From an uncultured Anaerolineales bacterium (GTDB lineage Bacteria; Chloroflexota; Anaerolineae; B4-G1; SLSP01), in the NCBI GenBank assembly GCA_964508025.1, contig CAZDSF010000005.1, positions 15,501 through 79,500 of the forward strand: 64,000 nucleotides of DNA. The letters run 5' to 3'. Position numbers and translations under genes: made by a program. Each line of letters starts with the position of its first letter. Within the stretch, counting starts at the first letter, position 1. Below, one piece after another: positions 15,975-26,419 of this stretch. The notes under the pieces are model-generated. The model had not been told where the DNA came from and did no database searches. It worked only from the letters and a program-made list of their open reading frames with translations.

Positions 15975-18545
15975 TCACGGCGAGAGTTGTTGCCTCAGCG
16001 TAAGCGGTAAATATACCTTATAGCCGTTGACGTAGGCCGCGCGGATGTACACGGCGCCGAGACCATCAGCGATGCGCGCCCGGTTGACGGCGACCGGCGC
16101 GGCGCCGGTGGTGGAGGTGAGGGCGGCGCTGTAGGTGAGCGTGACCACGGCTCCGGCAGCCACCGTCCCGTTCCAGGTGAGCGTCTGCCCGGCGACGACG
16201 GGCGCGGCGCCCGCGCTGGCTTGCGGCGCTCCGTGGAAAAGCAGCGCAGCAGGCAGCGTATCGGTGACGCGCGCGCTGGCCGCCAGGACGCCGCTGTTGA
16301 CCAGCCGCACCGTGAACGTGACCACCTCACCCACCACGGCCCGCTCCGGCGCAACAGTCTTGGTCGAAGGCTCAAGATTGGGGCGCGGCGGGACGGCAGC
16401 GCAGACCACGAAGCCATCGCTGTTGCCGTTGAACGTCGTGTCATAAGCGCCGGCTGTAATGAGCGCATCGCCATAGATCGTATTGCCGGCCACGCACGCG
16501 GTCTGCGCATCGGCGGCGGCAATGCCGCGCCCGTTATGTCCGCTCAGATAGGTGCTGTAGATCAAATCCGCCGCGCCCTGCCCTTGCAGGCGCAGGCGGG
16601 TCAGAAACGCATCCCGCTCGCCGTTGCGGAAGCCCTGCTGCGCGTCCGCCGTCTTGGGGAAGTCGGAAGAGGCTGTCGCGCCGGTCACAAGCACATCGCC
16701 ATTGGGCAGCAGCGCAATCCCGCCGAAGTCATCGGTCATATCGTAATGGTCGCCCTCGGCCATAGCCCCGCCCAGGAACGTCCCGTAGCGCAGGTCGGCG
16801 TTTCCCTGCCCGCCAGGGTGCAATTGGATGACAAACGCATCGAACCGCGCGCTGTTGCAATTGCCATCGCTGCCGCAGGTGGTGTCGAATGCGCCCGTCG
16901 TGGTGGGGAAATTGGGGCTGCGCGTCGCGCCAGTGACGTAGATCAGACCGGCAGCGTCCACCGCAATCCTATAGCCCACGTCGTAGTTGCTCCCATCCAG
17001 ATAGGTGCTGTACCGGAGATCGCTTGCGCCGCCGCCCGTCGGGTTGATTTTGGCGACAAAAGCCGAGCGATCGTCGCTGCGCGTGGCGGCATAAGCGCCC
17101 GCCGTGATGGGGAAATCGCCGTAGCTGTTGTAGATGTGCCCGGTAAGGTAAGCATTGCCGACGCTATCCACCGCGAGAGCATACGCACTCACGCTGTTGC
17201 TGTTGCCAAAGTAGGTGCTGTAGACCAAATCGCTCGCGCCGCCGCCCGCCGGATTCAGCACGGTCAGGAACGCATCCTGAAGACTGCCCTGCGATCCGGC
17301 ATAAGTTCGATCATAAGCGCCGGCGGTCGTGGGAAAATCTGTGGAGCTGGTGCTACCGGCGATGTAGATACGCCCGTTGTGTACCGCAATGCCCCAGCCT
17401 TCATCATCGAAGCGATTGGCGCCGTTGAAGTACCGTCCCGATCCGCCCAGATAGCTGCTGTAGGCCAGCGCGCCGGTGGGCGTGAGCCTGGTGACGAAGG
17501 CATCGCCATATTGCCGCGAGGTAGTTGGCCCGTTATACGTGCGGTCATAAGCGCCGGCGGTCGTGGGAAAGTCGCCGGAACAGGTAATGCCGGTGACATA
17601 AGCAAAGCCGCCGGCGTCCACGGCAATGGCGTTGCCGCGTTCGGCATCATAGTTGCTGGTGTAGCTGCCGCCCAAATAGGTGCTGTAGATCAGCGTCCTG
17701 CCATCGGCGGCGAGGCGAGTCACAAAGGCATCTTCGCTGCCGCTGACCGTCACCGCACCGGTGGTGCGCGGGAAAGCGGCGCTGCGGGTCATGCCGGTGA
17801 CGTAAACGCTACCGTCATTGCCAACGGCAACCGCGCGCGCTTCGTCATCGCCGCTGCCGCCGAGGTAGGTCCCGAAGAGACCGGTCCCGGCCAAAAGCGC
17901 CGCCGCGCTGGCAGGGCTTTCCGGGGCGCGGGCGTCCAACTGCGCCACATCGCCCTGGATCGCCGTCGCGGCCAATGGCAACTGGAGCGCGCCCAACGCC
18001 GTGTGAATCTGCAACCCGGCGCGGTCGGCCTGCAACGCCTCCGCGCCCTCGACGCGCACCGCGAGCGTCTCCACGGCCGTCACCCGCCAGGCCAGGCCCG
18101 CGCCGCGCCCATCGAGCTCCAGCGCCGCGCCGGGAGCTACCCCCTCGATGCGCACCGCTTGCCAGAGCGGGACGTCTGCCCGCCAGATCGCCGGATCGCC
18201 GCGGTAATAGTTCAGCCGACCGGGAGCGCGCTGCAAGGGGGTGAAGCGCAAAGCGGCGCCTTCCGGGAAGGTCAGGCGCACGACTGCCGCGCGCGCGCTC
18301 CCTGGCTCAACCTGCATCAGCCACAGCGCGTCAGCGGCGAGCCACAACATCCCCCCCTCGAACTGCGCCTGGAAACGCACCTCGGCGGGAAATTGCCCCC
18401 GATTCTCCACAAAGACAGTCGCTCCTGCTGCGATCTCGGCCCCAGACGCCGCCTCCGCGACAGCGGGCAGCGGGAGCGGACTCAGCGCACTTGCCAGCAG
18501 CGCCGCCAACGCCAACACTGTGATTCCAACCTGCCATGCTTTCAT
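15975..18545 (-). CDS. Large secreted SBBP (beta-propeller) repeat protein with C-terminal DUF11 domain
   Basis: Signal peptide MKAWQVGITVLALAALLASA. More than 8 repeats of the YSTYLGGS..D.G.GIAVD type. C-terminal DUF11-like segment (TKTVAPERAVVGEVVTFTVRLVNSG...). The plus-strand 797-aa ORF here is an antisense shadow. Confidence 0.8.
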   Translation of the reverse strand: MKAWQVGITVLALAALLASALSPLPLPAVAEAASGAEIAAGATVFVENRGQFPAEVRFQAQFEGGMLWLAADALWLMQVEPGSARAAVVRLTFPEGAALRFTPLQRAPGRLNYYRGDPAIWRADVPLWQAVRIEGVAPGAALELDGRGAGLAWRVTAVETLAVRVEGAEALQADRAGLQIHTALGALQLPLAATAIQGDVAQLDARAPESPASAAALLAGTGLFGTYLGGSGDDEARAVAVGNDGSVYVTGMTRSAAFPRTTGAVTVSGSEDAFVTRLAADGRTLIYSTYLGGSYTSNYDAERGNAIAVDAGGFAYVTGITCSGDFPTTAGAYDRTYNGPTTSRQYGDAFVTRLTPTGALAYSSYLGGSGRYFNGANRFDDEGWGIAVHNGRIYIAGSTSSTDFPTTAGAYDRTYAGSQGSLQDAFLTVLNPAGGGASDLVYSTYFGNSNSVSAYALAVDSVGNAYLTGHIYNSYGDFPITAGAYAATRSDDRSAFVAKINPTGGGASDLRYSTYLDGSNYDVGYRIAVDAAGLIYVTGATRSPNFPTTTGAFDTTCGSDGNCNSARFDAFVIQLHPGGQGNADLRYGTFLGGAMAEGDHYDMTDDFGGIALLPNGDVLVTGATASSDFPKTADAQQGFRNGERDAFLTRLRLQGQGAADLIYSTYLSGHNGRGIAAADAQTACVAGNTIYGDALITAGAYDTTFNGNSDGFVVCAAVPPRPNLEPSTKTVAPERAVVGEVVTFTVRLVNSGVLAASARVTDTLPAALLFHGAPQASAGAAPVVAGQTLTWNGTVAAGAVVTLTYSAALTSTTGAAPVAVNRARIADGLGAVYIRAAYVNGYKVYLPLTLRQQLSP

Positions 18546-18561
18546 TTTCGACCTCCTGATT

Positions 18562-18783
18562 CTAGTCTGCTGAGATGCTATCCGACCCATCACCCGGCGC
18601 CAGCGTCACGTTGACCAGCGCCCCGCTCAGATAAGTCGCCAACGCGGTCGCGCTCTCGAAGAGCCAGCACCGCCGCGCGCCGAAAACCTCTTCCAGCATA
18701 AAGCGCGGCGCGCCTTCCTCCTGCCAACAGCGGAGCAGGTACGCCTGATACGAAGCGCGGGCGACGGTCAACACGGATTCCAT
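18562..18783 (-). CDS. Small hypothetical protein (73 aa) with a LLRCWQEE...RFMLEEV...RRCWLFES pattern, immediately upstream of the SBBP gene and divergent from the SARP regulator
   Basis: ORF only; its position and spacing suggest a co-transcribed leader gene. The family was not identified. Confidence 0.35.
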   Translation of the reverse strand: MESVLTVARASYQAYLLRCWQEEGAPRFMLEEVFGARRCWLFESATALATYLSGALVNVTLAPGDGSDSISAD

Positions 18784-18859
18784 GGTTTCATGATACCGGT
18801 GCAGCGTTCGCTAATCGTTCGGAAAACGGTTAGATGCCGGCAGAAATCATGCTACAATA

Positions 18860-21800
18860 ATGCCAATTCCCTGTGCAGCCGATTTGACCATGCCCGAATT
18901 TATCATTCGCCTCACCGGTCCACCGCAGGTGGAACACAACGGCCAGCCGTTGCGCGGCTTCGAGTCGGATAAGGCGCTGGCGGTGCTGGCCTATCTGATT
19001 TTGCAGGGCCGCGCCCTGTCCCGCGAAACGCTGACCGGGCTGTTCTGGGGGGAGCTGTCCCAGGAACGCGCGCAGGGCAATCTCCGCCGCGTGCTGCACA
19101 ACCTCACCCATCTGCTCCCCGGCTGCCTGGAGGTGGAGCGGCGCAGCGTCTGCTTTTGCGCCGTTGATGGCGCCGCCGGCCCATATCTGGTGGATGTGCT
19201 GCACTTTGCCGCCCTCGCTGCCCACGACGATCTCCCCTCCCTGGAAGAGGCCGCGCTGTGGTTGGGCGGGCCGCTCCTGGAGGGATTGACGCTCCGCGAC
19301 TGCCCGGATTTCGAGCTGTGGCTGGCCGGTGAGCGGGAGCGCTGGCTCCATGAGGCGCTGCGGGTGTTGGAGATGCTCGCCGAAGCTCACGCCCGGCGCG
19401 GCAACCCGGCCCGCGCGCTGACCTATGTGGCGCGGATGTTGGCCCTGGCTCCCTGGCGGGAGAAATCGCACCGGCGCAAGATGCTGCTGCTGGCCCGGTT
19501 GGGGCAGCGCAGCGCCGCGCTCAAGCAGTACGCGCAATGTCGCGCCATCCTGGAAGCCGAACTCGGCGTGACGCCGGCGGCAGAGACCGAACGCCTGGTG
19601 GAACGCCTTCGCCAGCAGGCCGCGCCGCTCGCTGCGGCGCAGATCCCCGCGCTTCCGCCGTTGGTGGGCCGACAGGCGGAACTGGCGGAGATCATCTTCC
19701 AGTTGACCGATCCCGCCTGCCGCCTGCTCACCCTCGTCGGGCCGGGCGGTGTGGGCAAGACGCGCCTGGCGTGGGAAATCGTCGCGCGGTTGGCGCACAC
19801 TTTCATGGATGGGGCGACGCTGGTCGCATTGGACGAAGTGTACCAGGCGGAGGCGCTCCCCGGCGCGGTGTTGTTGGCGTTGGGGACGCCCCTCGCGGGG
19901 GAGATGCCGCCCGCTGCTGTGCTGCGCCAGCTGTTGCGCCACCGCGAGGTGCTGTTGGTGCTGGACAACTTCGAGCAGTTGGTGGAACACGCCGCAGAGC
20001 TCTCGCAGTGGTTGCGCGAAGCGCCCGCGCTCAAATTGCTGGTCACGTCGCGCGAGCGGCTGCGCCTGCGCGATGAGTGGGTCTTCCAGGTGGGTGGGTT
20101 GAGCCTGACCCGCACCGGCGATGCGGTTGCGCTCTTCCGGCAGCGCGCCTGGCAGGCCGGGGGCCTGAGCGCGGCAACGCCGGAGATGCTGGAAGCCATT
20201 GCACAGCTGTGTTCCCTGCTGGCGGGGCTGCCCCTGGGCATCGAGCTGGCTGCCGCGCTGAGCGCGGAGCTGCCGCCGGAGACGCTGCTGGAGCGTCTTC
20301 GACACACCTTCGATGCGCTGGAATCCCCATTGCGCGATCTGCCCGCGCGCCATCGCAGCCTGCGGGCCGTTTTCGAGACGTCGTGGGCATGGCTCACGCC
20401 GGGTGAACAGGCGACTTTCCGCCGGCTGGCGGTCTTCCAGGGCGACTTTACGCCAGCAGCCGCGCAGCAGATCACCGGGGCGCCGCGCGGGAAGCTGGAT
20501 GCGTTGGTCGCCAAATCGTTGGTGCAGCGTGTGGGCGACCGCATGACTCTCCACGCGCTCACCCGGCAATACGCAGCGGAACGTTTGCAGCAGGCCGAAG
20601 ACACACCCGAAACCATTCAGGCCGCCCACGCCGATTATTACCTGTCTCGGCTCCGGCAGGGCGCAGCGGCGTTACGCACCGACACGAACAACATCTACGC
20701 GGCGTGGACCTGGGCCGTGGCCCGCCGCGAACTAGCACGATTGGATCAGGCGCTCGAGGGCCTGGCTGCGGCCAGCATCACCCTGGGGCTGTATGCCGAG
20801 GGTGCAGCGCACTTTGCCGCCGCCATCGCCGCGCTGGGAACGCCGGATTCGGCGGCGGAGACGCGGCTGCTGGGCCGGCTCCTGGCGCGCGGCGCGGAAC
20901 TCCTCTACCGGCAGAGCCGCCTCGCGGAGGCGCAAGAGCACCTGCTGCGCGCGCTATCTCTGGTACAGGCGGAGGATCCCGCCGAGGCCGCTTATTGCCT
21001 GCACAACCTCAGCTACGTGGCCTATCTCCAGGCGCGCTTCGAGGAAGCAGTGGCGTATGCCCGTCGCAGTCTCGCGCTGAGCGCAGCGCTGGAACGGCCC
21101 ATTCACAGCGCGGTGGCCTATAACCATCTGGGGATGGCCTATCACCGGCTGGGACAGACGGCGCAGGCCCGCGAGAGCTATGAGCGTGCGCTATCCCTGT
21201 TCCGCCAGCACGAACCGGGACGCGGGCTGGCGCTCACCCTCAACAACCTGGCGAATCTGCTGCTGGAATCCGCAGAATGGCCGGCGGCGGAGGGGCTGTA
21301 CCGCGAGAGCCTGGCGCTTTCCGAGCAGTTGCAGTACACGCATGGGCGCGCGCTTGCGCTCAACAATCTCAGCTATGTGCTGCACCGGCAGGGCCAAAAC
21401 GCCGCAGCCGAGGCGTTGGCGCAGGAGGAACTGGCTCTGGTGCAACAGATGGGCGACGCGCTCAGCGAGGCCGGTTCGTTGGACACGCTGGGGATGCTGG
21501 CGTTAGCGCAAGGCGACGCGGCGCGCGCGGAGGGCTATCACACGGCCAGCCTCAGGTTGTGCCGGGAATTGGAGAATCCCTGGGGCAGCGCCACGGAGCT
21601 CAACGCTCTGGGGCAGCTGGCGCTGTTGCGCGAAGCGTTCCCTGCTGCCCGCGCCCACTTTACGGAAGCCGCACGGCTGGCCCTCAGCATCGAGGCGACG
21701 CCGGTAGCCCTGGCCGCGTTGGCGGGGGCAGCTGCCGCTTTGCAGGGCGAGGGCGACGCGCGCCTGGCTCTGGCGCTGTTCACCTGCGTCGCGCACCATC

Positions 21801-21922
21801 CAGCAGCCACGGCGGACTTGCGCGCTGAGTCTACCGAACGCTGTGCGGCGTTGCGCGCGCGGGTCGGGGAGGATGGCGTCGTGTGGACGTTGCCGGAGGC
21901 GGTCAGGATACTGGCGTCTTGA
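18860..21922 (+). CDS. SARP/AfsR-family regulator: OmpR-type wHTH plus BTAD, NB-ARC (STAND) ATPase and C-terminal TPR array
   Basis: N-terminus LAVLAYLILQGRALSRETLTGLFWGE...(BTAD). Walker A LVGPGGVGKTRLAWEI. Many TPR-like repeats follow (NNLANLLLESAEW, LNNLSYVLHRQGQ...). An alternative start lies at 18890 (MPEFIIRL). Confidence 0.85.
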   Translation: MPIPCAADLTMPEFIIRLTGPPQVEHNGQPLRGFESDKALAVLAYLILQGRALSRETLTGLFWGELSQERAQGNLRRVLHNLTHLLPGCLEVERRSVCFCAVDGAAGPYLVDVLHFAALAAHDDLPSLEEAALWLGGPLLEGLTLRDCPDFELWLAGERERWLHEALRVLEMLAEAHARRGNPARALTYVARMLALAPWREKSHRRKMLLLARLGQRSAALKQYAQCRAILEAELGVTPAAETERLVERLRQQAAPLAAAQIPALPPLVGRQAELAEIIFQLTDPACRLLTLVGPGGVGKTRLAWEIVARLAHTFMDGATLVALDEVYQAEALPGAVLLALGTPLAGEMPPAAVLRQLLRHREVLLVLDNFEQLVEHAAELSQWLREAPALKLLVTSRERLRLRDEWVFQVGGLSLTRTGDAVALFRQRAWQAGGLSAATPEMLEAIAQLCSLLAGLPLGIELAAALSAELPPETLLERLRHTFDALESPLRDLPARHRSLRAVFETSWAWLTPGEQATFRRLAVFQGDFTPAAAQQITGAPRGKLDALVAKSLVQRVGDRMTLHALTRQYAAERLQQAEDTPETIQAAHADYYLSRLRQGAAALRTDTNNIYAAWTWAVARRELARLDQALEGLAAASITLGLYAEGAAHFAAAIAALGTPDSAAETRLLGRLLARGAELLYRQSRLAEAQEHLLRALSLVQAEDPAEAAYCLHNLSYVAYLQARFEEAVAYARRSLALSAALERPIHSAVAYNHLGMAYHRLGQTAQARESYERALSLFRQHEPGRGLALTLNNLANLLLESAEWPAAEGLYRESLALSEQLQYTHGRALALNNLSYVLHRQGQNAAAEALAQEELALVQQMGDALSEAGSLDTLGMLALAQGDAARAEGYHTASLRLCRELENPWGSATELNALGQLALLREAFPAARAHFTEAARLALSIEATPVALAALAGAAAALQGEGDARLALALFTCVAHHPAATADLRAESTERCAALRARVGEDGVVWTLPEAVRILAS

Positions 21923-21954
21923 GCGCGGGAATCAAGTTTCCATACTGCGCTAAC

Positions 21955-21992
21955 CAAAACGGCTGGCCCACGCCAGGCGAGCCAGCCGTTAT
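21955..21992 (-). terminator. Hairpin terminator for the aguA operon (also end of the SARP gene, convergent)
   Basis: AACGGCTGGC-13 nt-GCCAGCCGTT; followed by UUUUGGUU on the minus-strand RNA. Confidence 0.4.
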
Positions 21993-22014
21993 TCCAGGGC
22001 AAACGCTGGTCGCT

Positions 22015-23109
22015 TCAGCCGCGCGGCTGTTGTTGCGTGATGCAGTGAATGTTGCCGCCGCCGAGTAGGATTTCGCGCGCCGGCGCGCCGACCACCTGGC
22101 GTTGGGGGAAGAGCGCCTGTAATTGCGCCAGCGCCGCCGCATCGTGCGGATCGTCGAAGGTGGGGACAATCACGCCGCCGTTGCTGATGAGGAAGTTGAT
22201 GTACGATGCCGCCATGCGGTCGCCTTCCTTGCGGGGCAACGTGCCATCCACCGAATCCACGCCGGCGGCCTCTTCCGCCGTGATGATGATCGGATTGGGC
22301 TGGTGAATCTTGTGGATTTCCAGCGCGCGCCCGCGGGCATCGGTGGCTTGTTTGAGAATCTCGTAGTTCTCCAGCGAAATGGCGTACTGCGGATCATCCC
22401 GATCTTCCGTCCAGGTGAGGGCTACCACGCCGGGGCGGATGTAGCAGCAGAGATTATCAACATGTCCGCTGGTCTCGTCGTTGTAAACGCCGCGCTCCAG
22501 CCAGATGATGGTCTCCACGTTGAGATAGTCTTTGAGAAGGGTTTCGATTTCGTTCTGGCTCAGAGCCGGGTTGCGGTTAGGATTGAGCAGGCATTCCCGC
22601 GTTGTGATCAGCGTCCCCTCGCCATCAACATGGATAGAGCCGCCTTCGAGCACGAGCGGCGCTTTGTAACGCGGGACGCGCTCGAGCTCGGCGATTTTCT
22701 GCGCGACCAACGCATCCTGATCCCAGGGGAAATAGAGACCGCCATTGAGACCGCCCCAGGCATTGAAATCCCAATCCACCAGGCGCACCTGCCCTGCCGC
22801 ATTGACCACGAACGTTGGCCCGCAATCGCGGACCCACGCATCATTGCAGGCTAGTTCGACAACGCGGACTTCCGGCGGCAGCAGGTGCCGCGCGTTGAGG
22901 AATTGTCCACAGGAGACGCCCATCGTCACCGGGGTAAAGCGCGCGATGGCTGTGGCCACGTTCACGAACACGCGCTGGGCGGGCTTGGCGCCCAGCCTCC
23001 AGTTATCTGGACGCTCGGGCCAGAGCATCCATACCTGGGCCTGCGGCTCGAACTCACCGGGCATTCGAAAGTCATCCGCTTTGGGGGTACTGGTTAATGT
23101 CTGTGTCAT
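22015..23109 (-). CDS. aguA: Agmatine deiminase
   Basis: PAD_porph family with the C-terminal catalytic motif [13 protein letters not shown]. Confidence 0.85.
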   Translation of the reverse strand: MTQTLTSTPKADDFRMPGEFEPQAQVWMLWPERPDNWRLGAKPAQRVFVNVATAIARFTPVTMGVSCGQFLNARHLLPPEVRVVELACNDAWVRDCGPTFVVNAAGQVRLVDWDFNAWGGLNGGLYFPWDQDALVAQKIAELERVPRYKAPLVLEGGSIHVDGEGTLITTRECLLNPNRNPALSQNEIETLLKDYLNVETIIWLERGVYNDETSGHVDNLCCYIRPGVVALTWTEDRDDPQYAISLENYEILKQATDARGRALEIHKIHQPNPIIITAEEAAGVDSVDGTLPRKEGDRMAASYINFLISNGGVIVPTFDDPHDAAALAQLQALFPQRQVVGAPAREILLGGGNIHCITQQQPRG

Positions 23110-23117
23110 GTTAACTC

Positions 23118-24524
23118 CTATGCGCGCGCCTTCTCACGTTCGGCGACTTTGAGTAACACTTCGCCCACTACGATGGTGAGCAGCACGCCGATGAGCACGG
23201 GCGCAGCAAAGGCCCAATCTATCGGCTCGCCGGGAATCCAGATGAAAAAGATCACAGCCTGCACAATGAAAAGTTCACAGAGCACGGCCATCAGCCACGC
23301 CAGCGTTGGGCCGCCGGGCACGCGATAGGGCCGCGCGGCGCCCGGATCGCTCCAGCGCAGCTTGAGGAAGGCCGGGAACATGGCGAGGTACGGCAGCAGG
23401 AAGACCATCGAACTGAATGCGAAGAGCGTCCAGAAGAGATCCTCGGCGGCGCCGGCCATGAAGCCGTAGATGAGCAGCACAATGGTTGAGACGCTGCCGG
23501 TGATGATGAAAGCGCTGACCGGCGTTTTGAATCTGGGATGCTCCCGCCCGAAGATGGCGGGCAACTCGTTCGCCTTGGCGGCCTCAGCGGCGGTGCTGTT
23601 CGCGCCGATGGTCCAGGTAATCATGTTCGCCAGGAAGGTGTAGAGGGCGCCAAGGCCCAGCAGGGTCACGATCAAGCCGCCGACGCCGGAATCGCCGAAG
23701 ATGATCTTGAGGGTATCAATAATGCCCTCGACCAGACCCAGATCATCCAGCGGCACAGCCATCAACATACCGAGGGTGCCCAGCAGGTAGAATACGGCAA
23801 TGAGCACACCGGAAACTATGATGGCGCGGGGGATGGACTTGCCGGGATTTTCCAGGGCATCGCCGACGCCGGACATGAGTTCGAAACCCATGAAGTTGTA
23901 GACGATGACGGGTAGAAACCAGAGGCCCGCGTCGAGGGTGGGGAGCATCGCACCGAAAGAGAGATCGTTTGCCACGCCGTTCTTCCCGGCGTAGACAAAA
24001 GCGCCGATGCCGATAACCACCATGATCAGCGCCTTGAGGAAGGCCCCGATGTTGGGCACCCACTTGGAGACGTTGAGCGCCCGCGTACCGATCCAGACCG
24101 TGATCCAGCTCATCACTACGCCGAGGATGATCTGTGGCCACAACCCCATATCGGGGACGAAGAGCTGGGCGAACATGCCGGCAAAGAGTACGTAGACCGA
24201 GGGCATCCACAGCGCCACGTTGATCCAGTAGAGCCAGGTGGCGCGGGCGGCCCACTTCTCGCCGAAGGCATTGCGCACCCAGATGTAAAGCCCGCCCTCT
24301 TCCGGGTAGGTTGTGCCCAGTTCCGCCGTGATCAACCCGTAGGGGATGAAAAACAGCACCAGTGTGATGATCCACCATGCGATGGAAGGCGCGCCGATGG
24401 CGGCTGAGGGCGCTAACGTGTCAATGACGAGGATGGCGCAGACGGTAAACAGTGTCATATCGAGGGCGCGCATGGCCTTTTTGAGGCCGCCGCCCTTGGC
24501 TTGCGCTTGATTCTTCATGGTCAT
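23118..24524 (-). CDS. APC-superfamily amino acid/polyamine permease (AguD-like agmatine:putrescine antiporter candidate)
   Basis: A 12-TM APC profile, in an operon between aguA and the carbamoyltransferase. Confidence 0.75.
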   Translation of the reverse strand: MTMKNQAQAKGGGLKKAMRALDMTLFTVCAILVIDTLAPSAAIGAPSIAWWIITLVLFFIPYGLITAELGTTYPEEGGLYIWVRNAFGEKWAARATWLYWINVALWMPSVYVLFAGMFAQLFVPDMGLWPQIILGVVMSWITVWIGTRALNVSKWVPNIGAFLKALIMVVIGIGAFVYAGKNGVANDLSFGAMLPTLDAGLWFLPVIVYNFMGFELMSGVGDALENPGKSIPRAIIVSGVLIAVFYLLGTLGMLMAVPLDDLGLVEGIIDTLKIIFGDSGVGGLIVTLLGLGALYTFLANMITWTIGANSTAAEAAKANELPAIFGREHPRFKTPVSAFIITGSVSTIVLLIYGFMAGAAEDLFWTLFAFSSMVFLLPYLAMFPAFLKLRWSDPGAARPYRVPGGPTLAWLMAVLCELFIVQAVIFFIWIPGEPIDWAFAAPVLIGVLLTIVVGEVLLKVAEREKARA

Positions 24525-24548
24525 GGTTCCTTTTAGGTTCGCAGAGCG

Positions 24549-25568
24549 CTAGCGGAGCGCCATTTGATTCAGGAACGATTCGATCTGGCCCTGATAATAG
24601 GCTTTCAAGGCTGCCGAAGGACGGGGCAGCCGGGGATAGAGCAACCAGGCCAGGATGCCTTTCTCGGCGTGCAGGCGGTTCTCCGCCTGATCGAAGATGA
24701 TGGATTGCGGGGAGTCCAGCACTTCATCGGTGGCTTCGACGCCCCGAGAGGCCGGCAGACAGTGCATCACTTTGCAGGTAGGGGGCGCTTTTTTGAGCAG
24801 CTCCATGTTGACCTGGTAAGTGGGCATGAACGCAGCGCGCCGCTCGGGAATCTCGTCTTCCTGGCCCACCCACCACCAGAGATCAGTATAGATGAAGTCT
24901 GCATGTGCCACCGCTGCCGCCACATCCTCCGTAATGGTCAACGTCCCGCCGGACTCGGCGCAGTTGGCCTCCGCGAGCGCGCGCCAGGCTGCCGGAGGTT
25001 GGTAGGCTTTGGGGGCGGCATGGGTAAAATTCATTCCCAATCTGGTACAGATGAACATCAGCGAGCTGAGCACATTGGTGGCGTCGCCCACGAAGGTCAC
25101 GTTGAGATCTTCCACGGCCAGGCCTTCCGGCAGGTGCTCGATCATCGTGGTGACATCGCAGATCACCTGGGTGGGGTGGTTGTAGTCGGTCAGCCCGTTG
25201 ATGACGGGCACGGTAGCATATTGGGCTAATCCCAGCATCGTCTCATGCTTGAGCGCGCGGAGGAAGATGCCATCGCACATGCGGGAGAGCACCTGCGCTG
25301 TATCGCCCAGCGTCTCACGCACGCCCAGATGAATCTCGCCGGGTTTGAGATAGAGCGCATGGCCGCCCAGTTCCGTCATCGCCACCTCGAAGGAGACGCG
25401 CGTGCGGGTGGAAGGTTCCTCGAAGATCATGGCGAGAGAAGCGCCTTCCAACAGCCGGGGCGTGCAGCCTTGTTTGTCGGCCTCTTTGATCAAGAGTATT
25501 AGATTGATAAGATCCAACAACTCTGCCTTGGTAAAATCCTGAACCGTGATAAAATGCTTTACTGTCAT
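24549..25568 (-). CDS. Ornithine/putrescine carbamoyltransferase (putrescine carbamoyltransferase likely from context)
   Basis: STRTR carbamoyl-phosphate motif (EEPSTRTRVSFE) and the HCLP motif. Confidence 0.8.
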   Translation of the reverse strand: MTVKHFITVQDFTKAELLDLINLILLIKEADKQGCTPRLLEGASLAMIFEEPSTRTRVSFEVAMTELGGHALYLKPGEIHLGVRETLGDTAQVLSRMCDGIFLRALKHETMLGLAQYATVPVINGLTDYNHPTQVICDVTTMIEHLPEGLAVEDLNVTFVGDATNVLSSLMFICTRLGMNFTHAAPKAYQPPAAWRALAEANCAESGGTLTITEDVAAAVAHADFIYTDLWWWVGQEDEIPERRAAFMPTYQVNMELLKKAPPTCKVMHCLPASRGVEATDEVLDSPQSIIFDQAENRLHAEKGILAWLLYPRLPRPSAALKAYYQGQIESFLNQMALR

Positions 25569-25596
25569 CCTGACCTCCTGTGTTTATGTCTTACGG

Positions 25597-25617
25597 CAAA
25601 TTGGTCTGCCAATTTCG
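25597..25617. promoter_or_regulatory. Palindrome CAAATTGG-tctg-CCAATTTcG in the promoter region of the agu operon
   Basis: It lies 30-50 bp upstream of the carbamoyltransferase ATG. An AsnC-family regulator gene is adjacent. Confidence 0.3.
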
Positions 25618-25725
25618 TTGACTTGCCCAGCGCAAGGAAACGCCCGCGCAGGGACGTGTTTCTGACAAATCCGGGTTGGGTTGACGATCAGCAGGGCATA
25701 AGTGGCCGCTTATGCCCTGCGCTTG

Positions 25726-26226
25726 TTACTCCGCATCCTCGACGCCGAAATCCTCCTTTCGCGGCATCCACTCATCAATGTTGCGCATGATCTTCGGCAC
25801 CAATGCGTAGCCCGTGATCTTGAGTCCGGGAATCTCCGGCAGGGTATGGCGCAGAAAGTCATGGAATTCGGCATTGTCCTTGAAACGCACCTCGATGGAC
25901 ATATCGCGGGTGCCTTGCCCGTAGGCCAGATAGGATACTTCCGGTAGCTGCATCAGATACTTCACGACCTCCATTTCATGGGCGGGATCAACTTCCACGA
26001 AGATGTCGGCGGCGGTCATGTAGCCGAAGACCTGCGGCGTCACCACGGCGGTGAGGCGTACTGCGCCCGTGTGTACCAGCCGGTCAATGCGGTTGCGGAT
26101 CGTGCGAGCATTGGCGCCCACGAGGCGGGCGATTTCGCTGGCGGACATGCGCGCATCTTTGCGGAGCTCGCAGATGATCCTGTAATCCAGTGTATCGAAG
26201 GGGCGATTTGAGAATTCTTCGCTCAT
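25726..26226 (-). CDS. Lrp/AsnC-family transcriptional regulator
   Basis: HTH region DYRIICELRKDARMSASEIARLVGANARTIRNRIDRL plus a RAM domain. Confidence 0.8.
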   Translation of the reverse strand: MSEEFSNRPFDTLDYRIICELRKDARMSASEIARLVGANARTIRNRIDRLVHTGAVRLTAVVTPQVFGYMTAADIFVEVDPAHEMEVVKYLMQLPEVSYLAYGQGTRDMSIEVRFKDNAEFHDFLRHTLPEIPGLKITGYALVPKIMRNIDEWMPRKEDFGVEDAE

Positions 26227-26419
26227 GTATTTTCCGTTTCGGAAACGATGTTTTCCCTTTGTCACATACATTATATCCGATTACTACATAGAAGTCAATA
26301 GCTTGCGTCGCCGATTTCGGAAATTCGTGGGTGTAGGACGCGCCGCGCTCTACGAACTGTTTTCAATCACTGGCATTAAGTTAAGGTACGCGCTGTCCGC
26401 GAGTGCGTTCATGAATACA

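Noticed and set aside
16221-18614. 797-aa plus-strand ORF
   Set aside because: It is antisense to the well-supported SBBP/DUF11 gene. Its Arg/Ala/Gly-rich low-complexity translation is typical of GC-rich shadow frames.
18830-20629. 599-aa and 397-aa minus-strand ORFs
   Set aside because: Both are antisense shadows of the SARP-NB-ARC-TPR gene, and neither has recognisable motifs.
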